Part shown: piece after piece, positions 12,241 to 24,802 of the stretch
Numbering within the stretch: the first letter of the stretch is position 1
Layout of the letters: the number at the start of each line of letters is the position of its first letter
Assembly (NCBI RefSeq): GCF_947568905.1
Contig: NC_079170.1
Location: 40,300,001-40,364,000, forward strand
Source: Ostrea edulis
Lineage: Eukaryota
Length of the DNA: 64,000 nucleotides
Reading direction: 5' to 3'
The notes under the pieces: model-generated
What the model was told of the DNA's origin: nothing
The model's database searches: none
The model's input: the letters and a program-made list of their open reading frames with translations, nothing else
Position numbers and translations under genes: made by a program

Positions 12241-14949
12241 AAATATCAAAACTGGTACCGTATAAGTTTTACATTCGGACCGCTGGGTCGAGGCTTCTGC
12301 TGGTGGACTGTTCGTCCCCAATGGTCTCTACAGCCCAGTAGCTAAGTACTTCGTTACTAGTTTGAAAATACGGATGTATATTTAATTGCTGTGATAAAAT
12401 GTAGAAATTCATTTCAAAATTAAGGATTATCTCCTTCATGCATAGCTCTTATCCTTAGACGAATTTGACTCCACTTTTTGGCATTCTGTTTTCTCTAAAA
12501 TAGCTCTTAGGGCCTACAAGTTTACTGTTATTTGGGATTTTAAACATTTCGGTTGAGCATCACTGAAGAGACATTATTTGTCGAAATGTGCATCTGGTGC
12601 ATCAAAATTGGTACCGTATAAGTTATACATTTTAAACAAATACTTCAACTATTCAACTAAATACCCAGAATAAGGCATCATTTTTTTATGTTATATTCGC
12701 ACTTAACTTTATACACAAATAGACGTGTTGTATATATCACATACCAACACAATATTTTTCCTGATCATCCCAGGTCGTACCAGCACAACAGTTACTTAAA
12801 CCAATAATCCTGAAAAAATGTATTTTCCTTTCAATTAAACTATTATATTGGTTTGATTTAAATATATAAAAGTATTAGTAAACACAGTTCAATCTATAAA
12901 AGACTTCTGTCTTGTACAACAAACCATTGAACCAATGAGTTGTCCTAAAGGAGATATAAGTAAAACTATTGTTGATAGGGGAAGGGGTACTCGTTTTAAC
13001 ATGACATTTGGAAGTAACTCCACTCTGACTTAAACAGAGTTCTGGTCCATGCAAGGTGAAGATAACGAACAGTGAACAATCTCATACCTCCTACAAGCAA
13101 TACAAAATAAATAGTTGGGCAAACACGGACCCCTGGACACACCAGAGGTGGGATCAGGTACCTAAGAGGAATAAGCATCCCCTGTTGACCGGTTACACCC
13201 GCCGTGAGCCCTACATCCTGATCAGGTAAACAGAGTTATCCACAGTCAAAATCAGTGTGCCAAGAACGGCTTAACAGTCGGTATGGAACACGTCAGACAG
13301 CATTTTACCCAATGATAGGTTGTATTTACGAACTAGATCGTTATAACGACCATAGAATTTGCGAAATGCTGACTTCAATCGAGACTGTTGAAACCCATGT
13401 ACCATCAACTTGTTTGTCAGTAGCTTACCTCGATTTAGAAACTGACAATGCACTTTGATTGGTCTACATGTATCTTTATAGTATAAAATTGACTTGATGA
13501 ATTATTTTGTTCATGGAAGTAAACAATTTATAGAGCCAATGCTTACGAGCGTATGTAGTGACATTTAAAATTGAATTTCATTTTTTAGAATATAGGAGGG
13601 TAAGTGTATGGAATGCGATACTGCTATGTGCTGGTATACTTCATGTATCGCATTAGATATGTCTGCGTGAAGGGTTGTTTATATTTTCAAAAAGATGCAG
13701 ATACCAAGTCCAGTTTTTAAATCTACATTTTCTTTTAATTTCTAACGGAAGGGCCTCCGTCGCCGAGTGGTTAGAGCATTGTGCTCAAAATCACACGGCT
13801 TCTCACCTCTGTCGGCGCGGGTTCGAATCCCGCTCGCGCCGGTAAGTGAGAAAGTTTCCCAGTTTACTTTCGGAAGGTCGGTGGTCTCTTCCCAGGTACA
13901 TTGTATCTGGGTTCTCTCTTTCACCAATAAAAACTGGGCGCCACCATATAACTGAAAAATTCTTGAGTGTGGCAGAAAACATAAAAAAAATTCTAACGGA
14001 ATCCTCAGCCATTGAAATAGACGTATTGTTTTTCTGTATTCATTTGCGCATTGTTTACAACATGAGGAAATGGATATCAGTACAATTTCTAGAGATACAA
14101 AAGGCAAAACACTGGAAACGTGGATATTTATTGTTGAATCCCCATAAGTGTAGATATGTGGGGACTTAATCCCTATTGCCTGAGATTGAAGTTACTTGTA
14201 ACAGACAGGTGTTATTGAAACTACGGATATATAGAAATGTTCTTAACTGCATTTTAAAACATTCAGTCAATAGCACAATGTTTTTTTTCAGGGATGCTGG
14301 ACTAATGCTTTTGTTTTTTTTTATTGATACACGTAACAAGAATGCAAACTGCGTTAATAATCAGGGCAATTTGATTTTTGTAAATACCTTTTTCGATTTT
14401 TGACACATACATGTACTTATATAAATACCTATACTACCCTCTCACACTGATTCATTCATTCTTTATTAGAATCGTTAAATCTGTGGTTACTCGTTGTACA
14501 CCCCCACCCCCAAATGAAAAGTAGCTGGTAAAGAACAAATTTAAACTCGTAACACTCGTATATTACGATGAATGAACAACTTTCTATCTGCAACGCTTTA
14601 GCGCAGTTGTGAATGGTTGTTAAGTTTGGTAAAAAGAATCACACGGGTGAAACATTTGATCTACCTAATTTACAAATCTAATATTTTAACATTTGACATA
14701 TATTGAACTTATTCTTGCAATGTATTGAAAATCTACTTGAAGATCAAAATGATCGAAAAAGAAAAACTGGCACTGGGGAATGCGAAAAACGATTTATCTA
14801 GAAATCCTGATACAGAAATGCACTTCGTATGCGGAAATGTACAATGGTACTTACACTGCTTTGCAGATGCTTGGTGTTGTAGTGATTTCTGAGGAAACTG
14901 ATTCCTGTGACAATAATATAAGAATTATCACAAGTTGAAAAGTTGTCAT
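11253..14949 (-). CDS. Secreted/membrane EGF-like repeat protein (MEGF10/SCARF-like), paralog A, partial exon model
   Basis: Signal-peptide exon 14949-14855 (MTTFQLVIILILLSQESVSSE..., GTAAGT donor). Three 141-nt phase-1 exons at 12237-12097, 11813-11673 and 11393-11253 each encode a CxPGFxGxNCSxxCPxxxFGxxCQSxCPQxCxxCHxITGxCL unit with AG/GT sites and no stops. Linking and terminal exons were not resolved. Confidence 0.7.
12244..12625 (+). mobile_element. Penelope-like terminal repeat fragment bounded by a direct repeat (tcaaaa[c/t]tggtaccgtataagtt)
   Basis: An approximately 24-nt direct repeat at both ends and a hammerhead motif near the 3' end. Confidence 0.55.
12557..12600 (+). ncRNA. Minimal type-I hammerhead ribozyme motif
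   Basis: Stem I GCATCA/TGGTGC, core CTGAAGA (12563-12569), stem II GACA-TTATT-TGTC, GAAA (12583-12586), short near-palindromic stem III ATG-TG-CAT, cleavage triplet ATC (12592-12594). Confidence 0.6.
13050..13480 (-). mobile_element. Penelope-like element 3' fragment
   Basis: Minus strand encodes RLKSAFRKFYGRYNDLVRKY. The same repeat (gtgaagataacgaacagtgatc...) recurs at about 250-440, 2990-3400, 5230-5380, 17160-17570, 18910-19030, 20428-20748, 25820-26030 and 60100-61260. Confidence 0.6.
13751..13985 (+). mobile_element. tRNA-derived SINE (family 2)
   Basis: A-box-like (cgccgagtgg) and B-box GGTTCGAATCC (13820-13830) followed by a non-tRNA body; second copy at 31365-31594. Confidence 0.75.
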
Positions 14950-17900
14950 TTCGTATCAACAAATAATAATTACCGAGTTTGATATTTGTTGCACATAACA
15001 CACTTTCCTTCCGCTATATATTTTGAAAATCAGTCTAGACAGAGTTATTTCCGGTTTCAATATGTATCAATTTAAATACTGACTTTTAATTGTCGCATAT
15101 GTAGTATCATGCTTGATGTCCGTGACGTTTAGAGACAATAACACTTCAGCGTTTAAGCACAAGTTTGCAGGATGCTACAGCGGTGTAAGAAGTGATCCTA
15201 TACATATTTCATTGGTCCAAAATTCATTTATTACTGATAATCATTGAGTTGAATTTTCCATGACGTGATTCTGTATTTATTCTACATGACCAATGAAAGT
15301 ATCACCATTTTTAATCTAGAAGTGGAATCTGAAATTATTGGAATGGAGAAAGATAAATTATATATGATATTTGAAATTCAAACATGTTTTGTTTGGCATT
15401 AAAGCTTATATCATTGACCAAACTAAAATGTATTCCAATACGCTCTCTTAAAGTGCACCCCTCATTCAGTTCGTTTCACTTCAACACACCCGATATCCTA
15501 TCCTTTTCAGTCTAAATCCTATTTAGAGCGAATCCCGGGACATCTTTGACGGTCAGCGTTGTCCATCAATGCGGGAAGCCTTCGGGATATCCATTGGTTT
15601 ATCGGTGGTTGCGTTCCTTTTTGTCGTAGTAAATCACTTCACGAAAACATTCCAATGGACGTGTAACAAAAATGATTTTTATTACATTTACCCGTTACTT
15701 ATGATTGTGATTAACAATGTGCAAATATCTTTTGTTTTATGATTGATTGATGATACCACCGATTTTTGTTTGGTGCTATGCAAAAATAAGCAACCTACCT
15801 TCCTACCCGGACAGTGATTTGAATTTTCACTTATATAATCATACTTGGGAAACTTAAATACTTTACAACTTAACTTCTATTTTTCAAGATATATGGCAAA
15901 AGTTCGGATTTATTGCTCTGGTATTCTTGATATTTTGAAATAATTTTATTTAATATGAACTAAAATGTGTGACTGGTAGAAAGGAAGAGAGAATACTTAG
16001 TAGTTTTATATTTTGGTTCATCCTTCAGAACGAGGATTGGACTAGATAAACAGTATAAAACCTACACAAGCATCTGGTTTTTTTTTTATAATAGTAGACG
16101 GTTACACGTCTATACCTTGTAAAGTGAGAAGATTTAATCCATATAAGGATCAGTGGCGGATTTAAAAATTTTCAAATTTAAGGTAAATCGTAGCCTCTTA
16201 TTTGGAAAAATATGACGATAAAAGAAACAATAATTTCTTCCACTTTCGGAGAAATGAAATCAATATTCCATCTTTTTGCTCTGGGTTTGTTTTGATGATT
16301 TTTTATTTGTTATCTTATAGCGTAGCATTATTTAAGTTATTTTGTCTTCTTTGGGGGAAATCAGACTTTGAGTAATTTAGCTTTGCAGGTACCTTAATGT
16401 AAAATGTATTAGCTGATTTCCCCCAGAATATTCTGTTGAAATGTTTTTTCGTCATTTGGTATTGTAATAAATGACAATTTTTCAATCTCAGTCACAGCAA
16501 AAATGAGCTACGATGAACAGAGAGTTTGGGTCATAGAGCCTAATAAACATAAATGACAAAATGTTTTGATTTATTGAATTAGTTTTATTGGTAGAACGTA
16601 GATTTTTCCAAAAACCTTAAAATTTGCTGCATTCTAGTAATTTCACCTGATCAAAAATGACAGAAAATAGTAAATATGGCTACGTAGTAGACATCTATTT
16701 CAAACCCTATAAAAGTTGTAAAATCTAGGAACTTCCGTGGCCTTCTCCTTCTGGCCCCCACCAGGACTTCACCCTGGACCCACTGGGAACCTAAAGGTGA
16801 CCCCCAGACCCCCTGCCAGAAAAAGTTGCTCCCCCTAGCCGCGATTCCTGGATCTGCCTCTGAGTATGAAGTCAATTCGGAATTTCACTAGATTTAAGAA
16901 GAAAACTGCACGCATGCAGAAATATTCGAACAGGAAAATATTTCATATTGTTAAGGATGGATTAGCAAAGTATTTTGAACTCAGATTTAATCATGTTAGT
17001 ACAAGGAAAGAATCAATATTAGTTTCCTTCAACTGTGCAGTCGTTCGGTCTTTGTAAGCCATCTGTGAATGCAAGGATATCTTCATGACGGGATTTATTT
17101 GTTTTATGGGTAATAAAAAGAAAAGGCAAAACATCGAACGTAGCTCCATTCCTGGGTCATCAAATCATGAAAATAACAAACTGATCAGTCTCACAATCCC
17201 TATAAGGAATGCATAATTAAAAGTTAATCAAACTCGAACCCCTGTGATCACATGCTTAGGAGGAGTAGGCATCTCCTGTCGACTGTTCACACTCGCCGTG
17301 ATTCCTATATCTTCATAAAGTAAACAGAGTACGGATTAATCCGTAATCAAAATATATGTGTAAAGAACGGCCTAACAATTAGTATAAATCATGCCAGCAG
17401 TATTTCACCCCATGGCAGGTTGTATTGGTAAATTATCATGCTATAACGTCCATAGAATTTGCAAAATGCTTCCTATAAATAGGACTGTTGAAACTCCTGT
17501 AACTTTGACTTGTTTGTTAGTAGCCTGCCTCGATTTAAAAACTGATCATACGCGGAGCAAGCTCATGTGATTCAAATCAAGTTGTTTTACATGCTGTTCC
17601 TGGTTTAAAAAAAATGCAATATTAAGTGTTATCACTCTGTGACTCACTATAATTGGAAAATGTCAAATGAGTTATCATATATAGAATGCAACTAAGTGAA
17701 CACATCAATACTTATCGGCTGTTTGTGTTAATTGTCGTGGTTACAATAATTCATACAAGTTAAAAATTGGTCAAATAGACGATACAACATTGCACATATT
17801 GTAAAGAACAATAATGAGTAACGTTATTCCGATAAATAATGTGCCTCATCATAAACATGTATGTAGCATACATAGCTAGCATATTCTTTGATAACTACTA

Positions 17901-20039
17901 CGATGTATGTCCTAGTAGGCCGCCAATGTATTTTAGAATTGTCTATCAGGTTTCGCCTAACATTATTGTTCACCATTAAGGGTTTCTCTGGGAAAGGGTG
18001 ATATTTGTTTTGGAAATCTACTCAAAATAACAAACTAGATATGGTGAAGAGGTTTAATTGCACAAGAAGAGATACCCACATTTTTGTCATTTTTTCTGAT
18101 TACATTGCATAACTTTGGTATTTATCAAGGCATCTGTATATTCATTCCTCATCAATCATTTAAGATTAATGATGGAATAAACTACGACTGATGTACTAAT
18201 ACTCAGGTTGGCACACGATACTCCGGTGACAGTTAAGAAAGATATACATGTACCTCTTGTTCAAAGTCATTTTTGCTTTCAAATACGAACCATATTTTCA
18301 TAAAAATCTTCACCTAAAAAGTCCATAGTCCACTGTAGAGTTTGAATATAAAATGTCTCTATCCAATATTCATCGTTACGAAAAAGAGTGCGCTACTGAC
18401 GACTTCTGTCATAATCTTTCAACGTCCTAAAGATAATGTCGACCAGTAAATATAACAGATGTTCTACATTTTTTGATACATTTACGAAGATTCATAGAAA
18501 GCCATATTATTAATGTCTGTGTATTGAATCCTTTAGAAATGAAATAAATCGCGATCGTTATAGATTTATAAATATTTTAAATTGCCTGTTAAGAGTTAGA
18601 ATGAGAACTAAATATAATTTAATTTATCGATTAGTTACGTGATTTATAAAGATACATCTATTCAACAACATGGTTGTACATGTATAAATAAATGTAGAGA
18701 ACAAATCCAAGTAATGCTATTGAACCATAAACTAACAAATCATACAAAGACAAAACATGATGTTAATTGCGAATCAGTAAGGGGTAATACTTGCAAACTA
18801 CGGAAGGTAACAGGTGTTAGTCAGAGTAAGTACATTTGAATTCATATTGCTTTCATCTGCTATATACATACATAGTAAAATACCTTGTGTTTATGTCATA
18901 ACAGTAGATAAAAAGGTGAAAACATCGGACAGCGATCATTCTCATAACTTCTATACGGAATACAAAATAGAGAGTTGGACAAACACGGATCCCTGGATAT
19001 ACCAGAGATGGGATCAGATGCTAAGGGGATTAAATGTCAATAAAAAACGACACTAGCACAAACCATGTATTCAAATCAGGAATGTAAAGGATATCAAAAT
19101 GTTTTCAGTTTTGGTACATATTTTATATGATATATCCTGTCGACATGGTAATGCAGGAAATGTCTGGTAAACTGGTAATCATAACATATTAGGATAAAAA
19201 CTCACGTTGCTTTCTGGAGAAACGTTTTTGAAAATTTTCAGATGTTGTGTATTTTAACACTTTGTGCCTCATTGTTTAAAATTTTACCAAATGAAATCTA
19301 CGTTTAACTTTCCTAGTTCAACGATAGTACCTAAAAATATATGCTTTGGCGTATCAGAGACACAGGGAAATTATACTTCTTCATTTCACTTGTCTAAGCC
19401 AAGTGTAAAGGTACACAATTTTACACGTATGCTGCAATCATACATGCTTTGGCGAACTTTTGGCCTATGTAAGACTTAGATATTGGAAAAACCATCGTAT
19501 GTTACTAGCACTAAAAGAACAGTCGAGTTTGGAGAAAGTAAATATATTCCTATGTTTAGTACAATGATACGCCATCAATTCCGTAAGTTGATTTAAATCT
19601 CAGGGTTCTTGTACGATGATGGCATAGGTAGAATATCGTCAAATGTAAGCATAAAGCACAGAATAAACTTTATTCCAGACGTAGAGTGGTAACACGAGTG
19701 CACTGATAATTCAGAGTTGAATAGTTTATAAGATAGAGTCTGAGTAACGATGTTTTTAATTTTATTTAAGTGCCGAATCCCTAAAACTTGCAACAAGAAG
19801 TAATAGGAACATGTTTAAAACATATGCTAATCGTTTAGGTAATCTAAGGACTATGTACATAGAAAATCGCAAACTTCCCGTTCGGGTAATACCCCTTTTT
19901 CTCAAAGGCCTAGTATTTAAAAGTGAGAAATGAAAGTTGCAAGTCTTTCAGATAAGACATTGAAAACAAAACGTTGGCACGATAAAGAAGGTATATGCTA
20001 TGAACTTAAAGGTGATGAATATGTCTAATGTCATTGTAA

Positions 20040-20428
20040 TATGAAAGAAAATGGATATTATCAGTAGATGAAACGTCATCGATAAATCTTTCTGTTGAGT
20101 TGAAGGTTACAGCAAGAGATTATTTCTTCGTATGTAGAAAATTTTGATCAAATTCTGCCTCATCAGAATATATGAAAGGGTCTGCTAATAAAGGAGCACA
20201 ATTCATGCCCATGGAGGTTCCAACAGACTGTTGGAAGACTTGATCACCAGAGATCACATAGATAATATAAATGAGAAACTCCAACATCTTTCTAATATCA
20301 GCTTCATAGTACTTGTGCATGGAATCAGAGTGGTGGTCAACAAATTGATTTTGTGAATTACCCATCAAACGATATGAGTATTGCCATCAAACTGCCCAGT
20401 AGTCTTCAAAATCTAAAATGTTGTACAT
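20040..20428 (-). mobile_element. Penelope-like RT fragment (duplicate of 3600-4008)
   Basis: ORF 20120-20368 encodes VFQQSVGTSMGMNCAPLLAD; shares its end junction (tcttcaaaatctaaaatgttgtaca) with the 3600-4008 copy. Confidence 0.65.
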
Positions 20429-20748
20429 GCAAGGTGAAGATAAGTAACAGTGATCAATCTCATAACTCCTACAAGCAATACAAAATAGATAGTTGGGCAA
20501 ACACGGACCCCTGAACACACCAGAGGTGGGATCAGGTGCCTAGGAGGAGTAAGCATCCCCTGTTGACCGGTCACACCGGCCGTGAGCCCCATATCCTGAT
20601 CAGGTAAACGAAGTTATCCGCAGTTAAAATCAGTGTGCCAAGAACGGCTTAACAATCGGTATGAAACACGTCAGACAGCATTTGACCCAATGTGAGATTG
20701 TATTGACGAACTCGATCGTTATAACGACTATAGAATTTGCGAAATGCT

Positions 20749-23700
20749 GGAGAAAAAATTGATATCTATAAAGGGGAGAAAATTTGGCATGTGTTTGGAT
20801 ACCGTGTGTTGTTCATACATGCGCTGATTTTATTCTTTAATTGGTAAGATATATTCTATTTATACATGCAATTGAGTTCAAACTGGATGTGAAAAGGTGA
20901 AGATAACGAACAGTGATCAATCTCATAACTTGTATAAGGGATACAAAATAGAGTTTGGCAAACATGGACCCTTGGATGTACCAGAGGTGGGATCAGGTGC
21001 CTAGGGGGAGTACGCATCCCCTGTGTGATCAGATTGAATACTTTTGTGATGGTGTTAATGGTGTATTGTTCATATTTATATCTCACAACCGTAAACATGT
21101 CATATTGCTATCTCCAAAATCCAACTTCTGTTTGTGCCACACAACTTTGAAATTCATGTATATACCAATAAAGAAACGAAATACAATATCAGTACGTTTA
21201 TTACATAAAATGTAAACATTACTTGTATGTAGATATTTATTTTTGTTAGGATTGTAATAGCCATGGATTACTACGGAGTGACTATGCATATTGGAAATCT
21301 AGGAGGAGACTTTTACCTGAATCAATTCATTCTAGCAATTGTAGAGTTTCCTGCCAAAATTTCTACCATGGTTTTACTAAACAGAATAGGACGTCAGAAG
21401 TTACACTTCTTGATTATGATCATAGGTGGCGCTGCGTTATTGTGTACCATATTTCCTGTCCTTTATGGCAAAGAAGGCAAGGCTTAGTAAAATAATTTGT
21501 CTTGCATAAATTATGTTACTTCTATTCACTATCAATGTCATATTTCTGCTTTCAACGAGTTTTCATCTGTTCCGAATTTCCACAATTAATTATATTTATA
21601 TCCTTGCTACAGAATTGAGCAGTCTGACATTAGTCCTGTCCATCATTGGTAAGATGGGGTCTGCAGCGGCTTTTGGTGTCATTTACATATACATGGCAGA
21701 GTTATATGCTACTGTGCTCCGGAACGACGCCATGGAACTAGTTCCTGTGTCGCTCGCTTTGGCGGTATGGCTGCTCCATATATAGCATCAACGATATGTA
21801 TACATTGAACTTGAAGTGATATCTGCTTGCATAAAAATATGAGTATAAAACACGGGTGTGTTCACCGTATGGTGATAACTAAGATGTCGATTGCTTTCGT
21901 GAGTGTGCAGTATGTACTACGTTTCAATAAACTGCAGAAATATCTCAGTGTACCTAAATGTTGATATTGACATTGTAGCAGTTCGATACACTGGACATAT
22001 AATACATCATACCTAATATGGTATAAACATGTTTTGAATTTTGGTGTAAATACAATATTTAAGTTAAGATGTGAGGTACGTGGTCTCTTGTGTTAATATG
22101 CAGGCTTGCAAAAATATTACACAATTTTTTTGTCAAAATAGATAAATGCTAGGAATTTGATATATTTAGAGATAATATTTAGATTTAGATGACTGTTAAT
22201 ATACTGAGCATAAGATAATGTTTTGTTGGTGAAATGTATTTATAGAGTGACTATGTCAGCGGAAAGTTTGGTCAGGCGTTGCCGTTAGTAATTTTTGGCG
22301 GTTCTTCGGTCATGGCTGGGATTCTAACTTTATTCCTACCGGAAACTCTACACCGGAAGCTACCAGAAACAATCCAAGATGGAATCGAATTCGGAAAGTT
22401 AGTAAAACGTGTTTCGCTCAGTACAGTGAAATTAATCAGAATTCAAAATTTTGTAATTTTAATCAATTTATAACACTTTGTTAAACTGATGTATCCTCTC
22501 AATCTTTGTTACAAGGACATGATTGTGTGGGAAAGTTTAGACCTGTTTTGTTCATTGTATTGTTCATTATTTTCAATGTGGATGGTTTGATTGTTATATA
22601 ATTCCATATAAATTTTTGTTTGATAGAAAGAAGCATGACATATCCACATTTGACGTCACACTGGAAACATCTAAACCGTCCGGGGTAAATAACTCGTCTT
22701 GTGAGTAAGTTCCACTGTTTTTCATTTCAAGATATATATGAAAGGGTGTTTAGTTACTGAAACTGAAGTAGTTCACATTACTGGAACTAAAGACGTTTAA
22801 AGGAAATGATGTTGATTATAAACATGTATGTAGTGAAGTAATTGAGGAAGTAGGTAGCGGTAATAAGATAGGGAATCACAGATTCAAGTGGGTAGAATTT
22901 ATCTACCATGTACATCCGCATTCTTTTAAACTTGTGACTTTTAATTGGTGCTGCATTTATAGTATGCTACACACTATCTAGGATATGCTTATGATGAGAA
23001 TATCTCACATTTTGAATTATCCACTGACTCTTCTAGTCAAGCACCTGTTAGTACTGACGGCGTACAGTAATGTGCTTTAATTTGTAGTACATTGAGTTTT
23101 TGTGATACATTTATTACAAACACGTATTCTCATATTGATATCTAAGTATTGTATATGTTCATAGTCTATGAAAGATATGATTGATTGTATATTGTTTAAC
23201 GTCCCTGTCGAAAAATTCACTCATATGGAGACGTCATCATTACCGACGAAGGGCTGCAAAATTTAAGCCTATGCTCTGCGCTTACGTGCTTTGAACAGGG
23301 AGGGATCGTTATTGTGCCACACCTGCTGTAACAGCGACCTCGATTTTCGTGGTCTCAACAAAAGGATCATCCTAGCTAGTCTCCTTTTACGACAAGCAAG
23401 GGGTATTGAGGACCTAATCTAACTCGGGTCCCCACGGGATTCAAAAGATATGAAGATACCCCAGTAAATATAGTAGTGTTCCAGTTAAAGTTATTTTACA
23501 CAAATGCTAAATTAGTATGCAAGTATTATTGGTATGTAGTTTTATGATGAATATACTTTTTCTACAAATGGCTCGTGGGTAAGCATTGTTACATATAGGT
23601 AATGGTAAAGGTGCATATACATGTTTTCAAAAAAATTATGATTTATTGTCATTCGAAGCAAGTCCATGGGTATATGTTTTGTTTTTATGGTAATTTTCCA

Positions 23701-23809
23701 AAAGTACACATGTAAAACTAATCTTTGTCATTTTAGAAATCAATACGATAGTTTACCTTTTGTGATCAATAGATGGTTTTGTTTTTCTTTCAGAGCGGCT
23801 GAATTGTGA
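20749..23809 (+). pseudogene. SLC22/Orct-like transporter copy 2, 5'-truncated
   Basis: Starts inside exon 6, fused to a repeat fragment; the remaining exons match copy 1 and carry the same ATGGAACT frameshift (about 21732). Confidence 0.8.
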
Positions 23810-24444
23810 CGAGGAAGACAATAGTTATTGTGCATTATATTTGTCCACAGATAAGTACAGTTTATTGATGTCACCAGGGTACACATAAATTAAACTAATA
23901 GTATAACAATAATCAGTTTGAGTTTTTTCTTAAAATCAAAATATGACACAACGAACGTAAAACATAGCCAACACAAATTCTCAACTTATTCAAAGCGTTT
24001 TGAAGTGTAAGGATATTTACCATGTGGACTCCTAATGACCAGGTACAAATCAGGTCCGGCTTTTGTCATGATGCATCAAACAATCGCGGTGAATGAATGG
24101 TTAAAGGTTCGTGACCGGAAAATCTTTGTTTCGAGCCCGGTTCATGCCTTGGGTGTGTCAAACATTAGGAGTAAAATTAGATTTGTCTGCTCCTTCGACA
24201 AACACTTATCATTCAAAAGTGAGAAGTGAGAGGTATTTCCCATTGGCAAGAATGAACCTTTAGTGCTACGACCCTGGGTGTCTTTCACATGTCATTGTGA
24301 TATATGATTCAAGTGCCTATTACGTGTTAGGTACTGACGATAAAATGTCAAATGACCAGCACTGCCAAGCAGACTCAACCAATTCTAAATCAGAATCCGG
24401 GTCCGCATTTTATAGACTGCTAGAGATGGGGAAATCTGAATCCC

Positions 24445-24445
<1 letters not shown>

Positions 24446-24526
<81 letters not shown>

Positions 24527-24751
24527 AGCACTGAAAAGGCCACGACACTGTTGGTTATTTAAAACTCGAATTTTCTTTATCAAGAGACATATATTACATA
24601 AACAAATAACACGCAAAAACGACAAGTATCGATAAACTACATTGGTGACAAGAGTGATACATTGTTGTACTGAGTGATAAAAATGGTGGTGGTTTCGTTG
24701 TAAAGCGTCTTTACTGACTATGGTTTAGAGAGTTTGTACCATGGTCGGGTC

Positions 24752-24799
<48 letters not shown>
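24446..24799. repeat. (CA)n(TA)n and (TA)n microsatellites flanking an approximately 230-bp insertion
   Basis: The insertion is absent from the paralogous site near 8740; on the minus strand it ends ...gtgtcgtggccttttcagtgctt before (TA)n, like the element at 57.2-57.4 kb. Confidence 0.8.

Positions 24800-24802
<3 letters not shown>

Noticed and set aside
13751-13840. tRNA-like sequences with A and B boxes (also 30528, 31365, 34609)
   Set aside because: They continue into shared non-tRNA bodies with simple-repeat tails and show no clean cloverleaf; these are SINE heads, not tRNA genes.
24527-24541. GGCCTTTTCAGTGCT (minus), resembling a histone stem-loop
   Set aside because: It cannot form the 6-bp stem, and it lies in a repeat with no upstream ORF.
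24297-24625. ORFs with HTHTHT or CVCVCV runs
   Set aside because: They are translations of the (CA)n(TA)n microsatellite.
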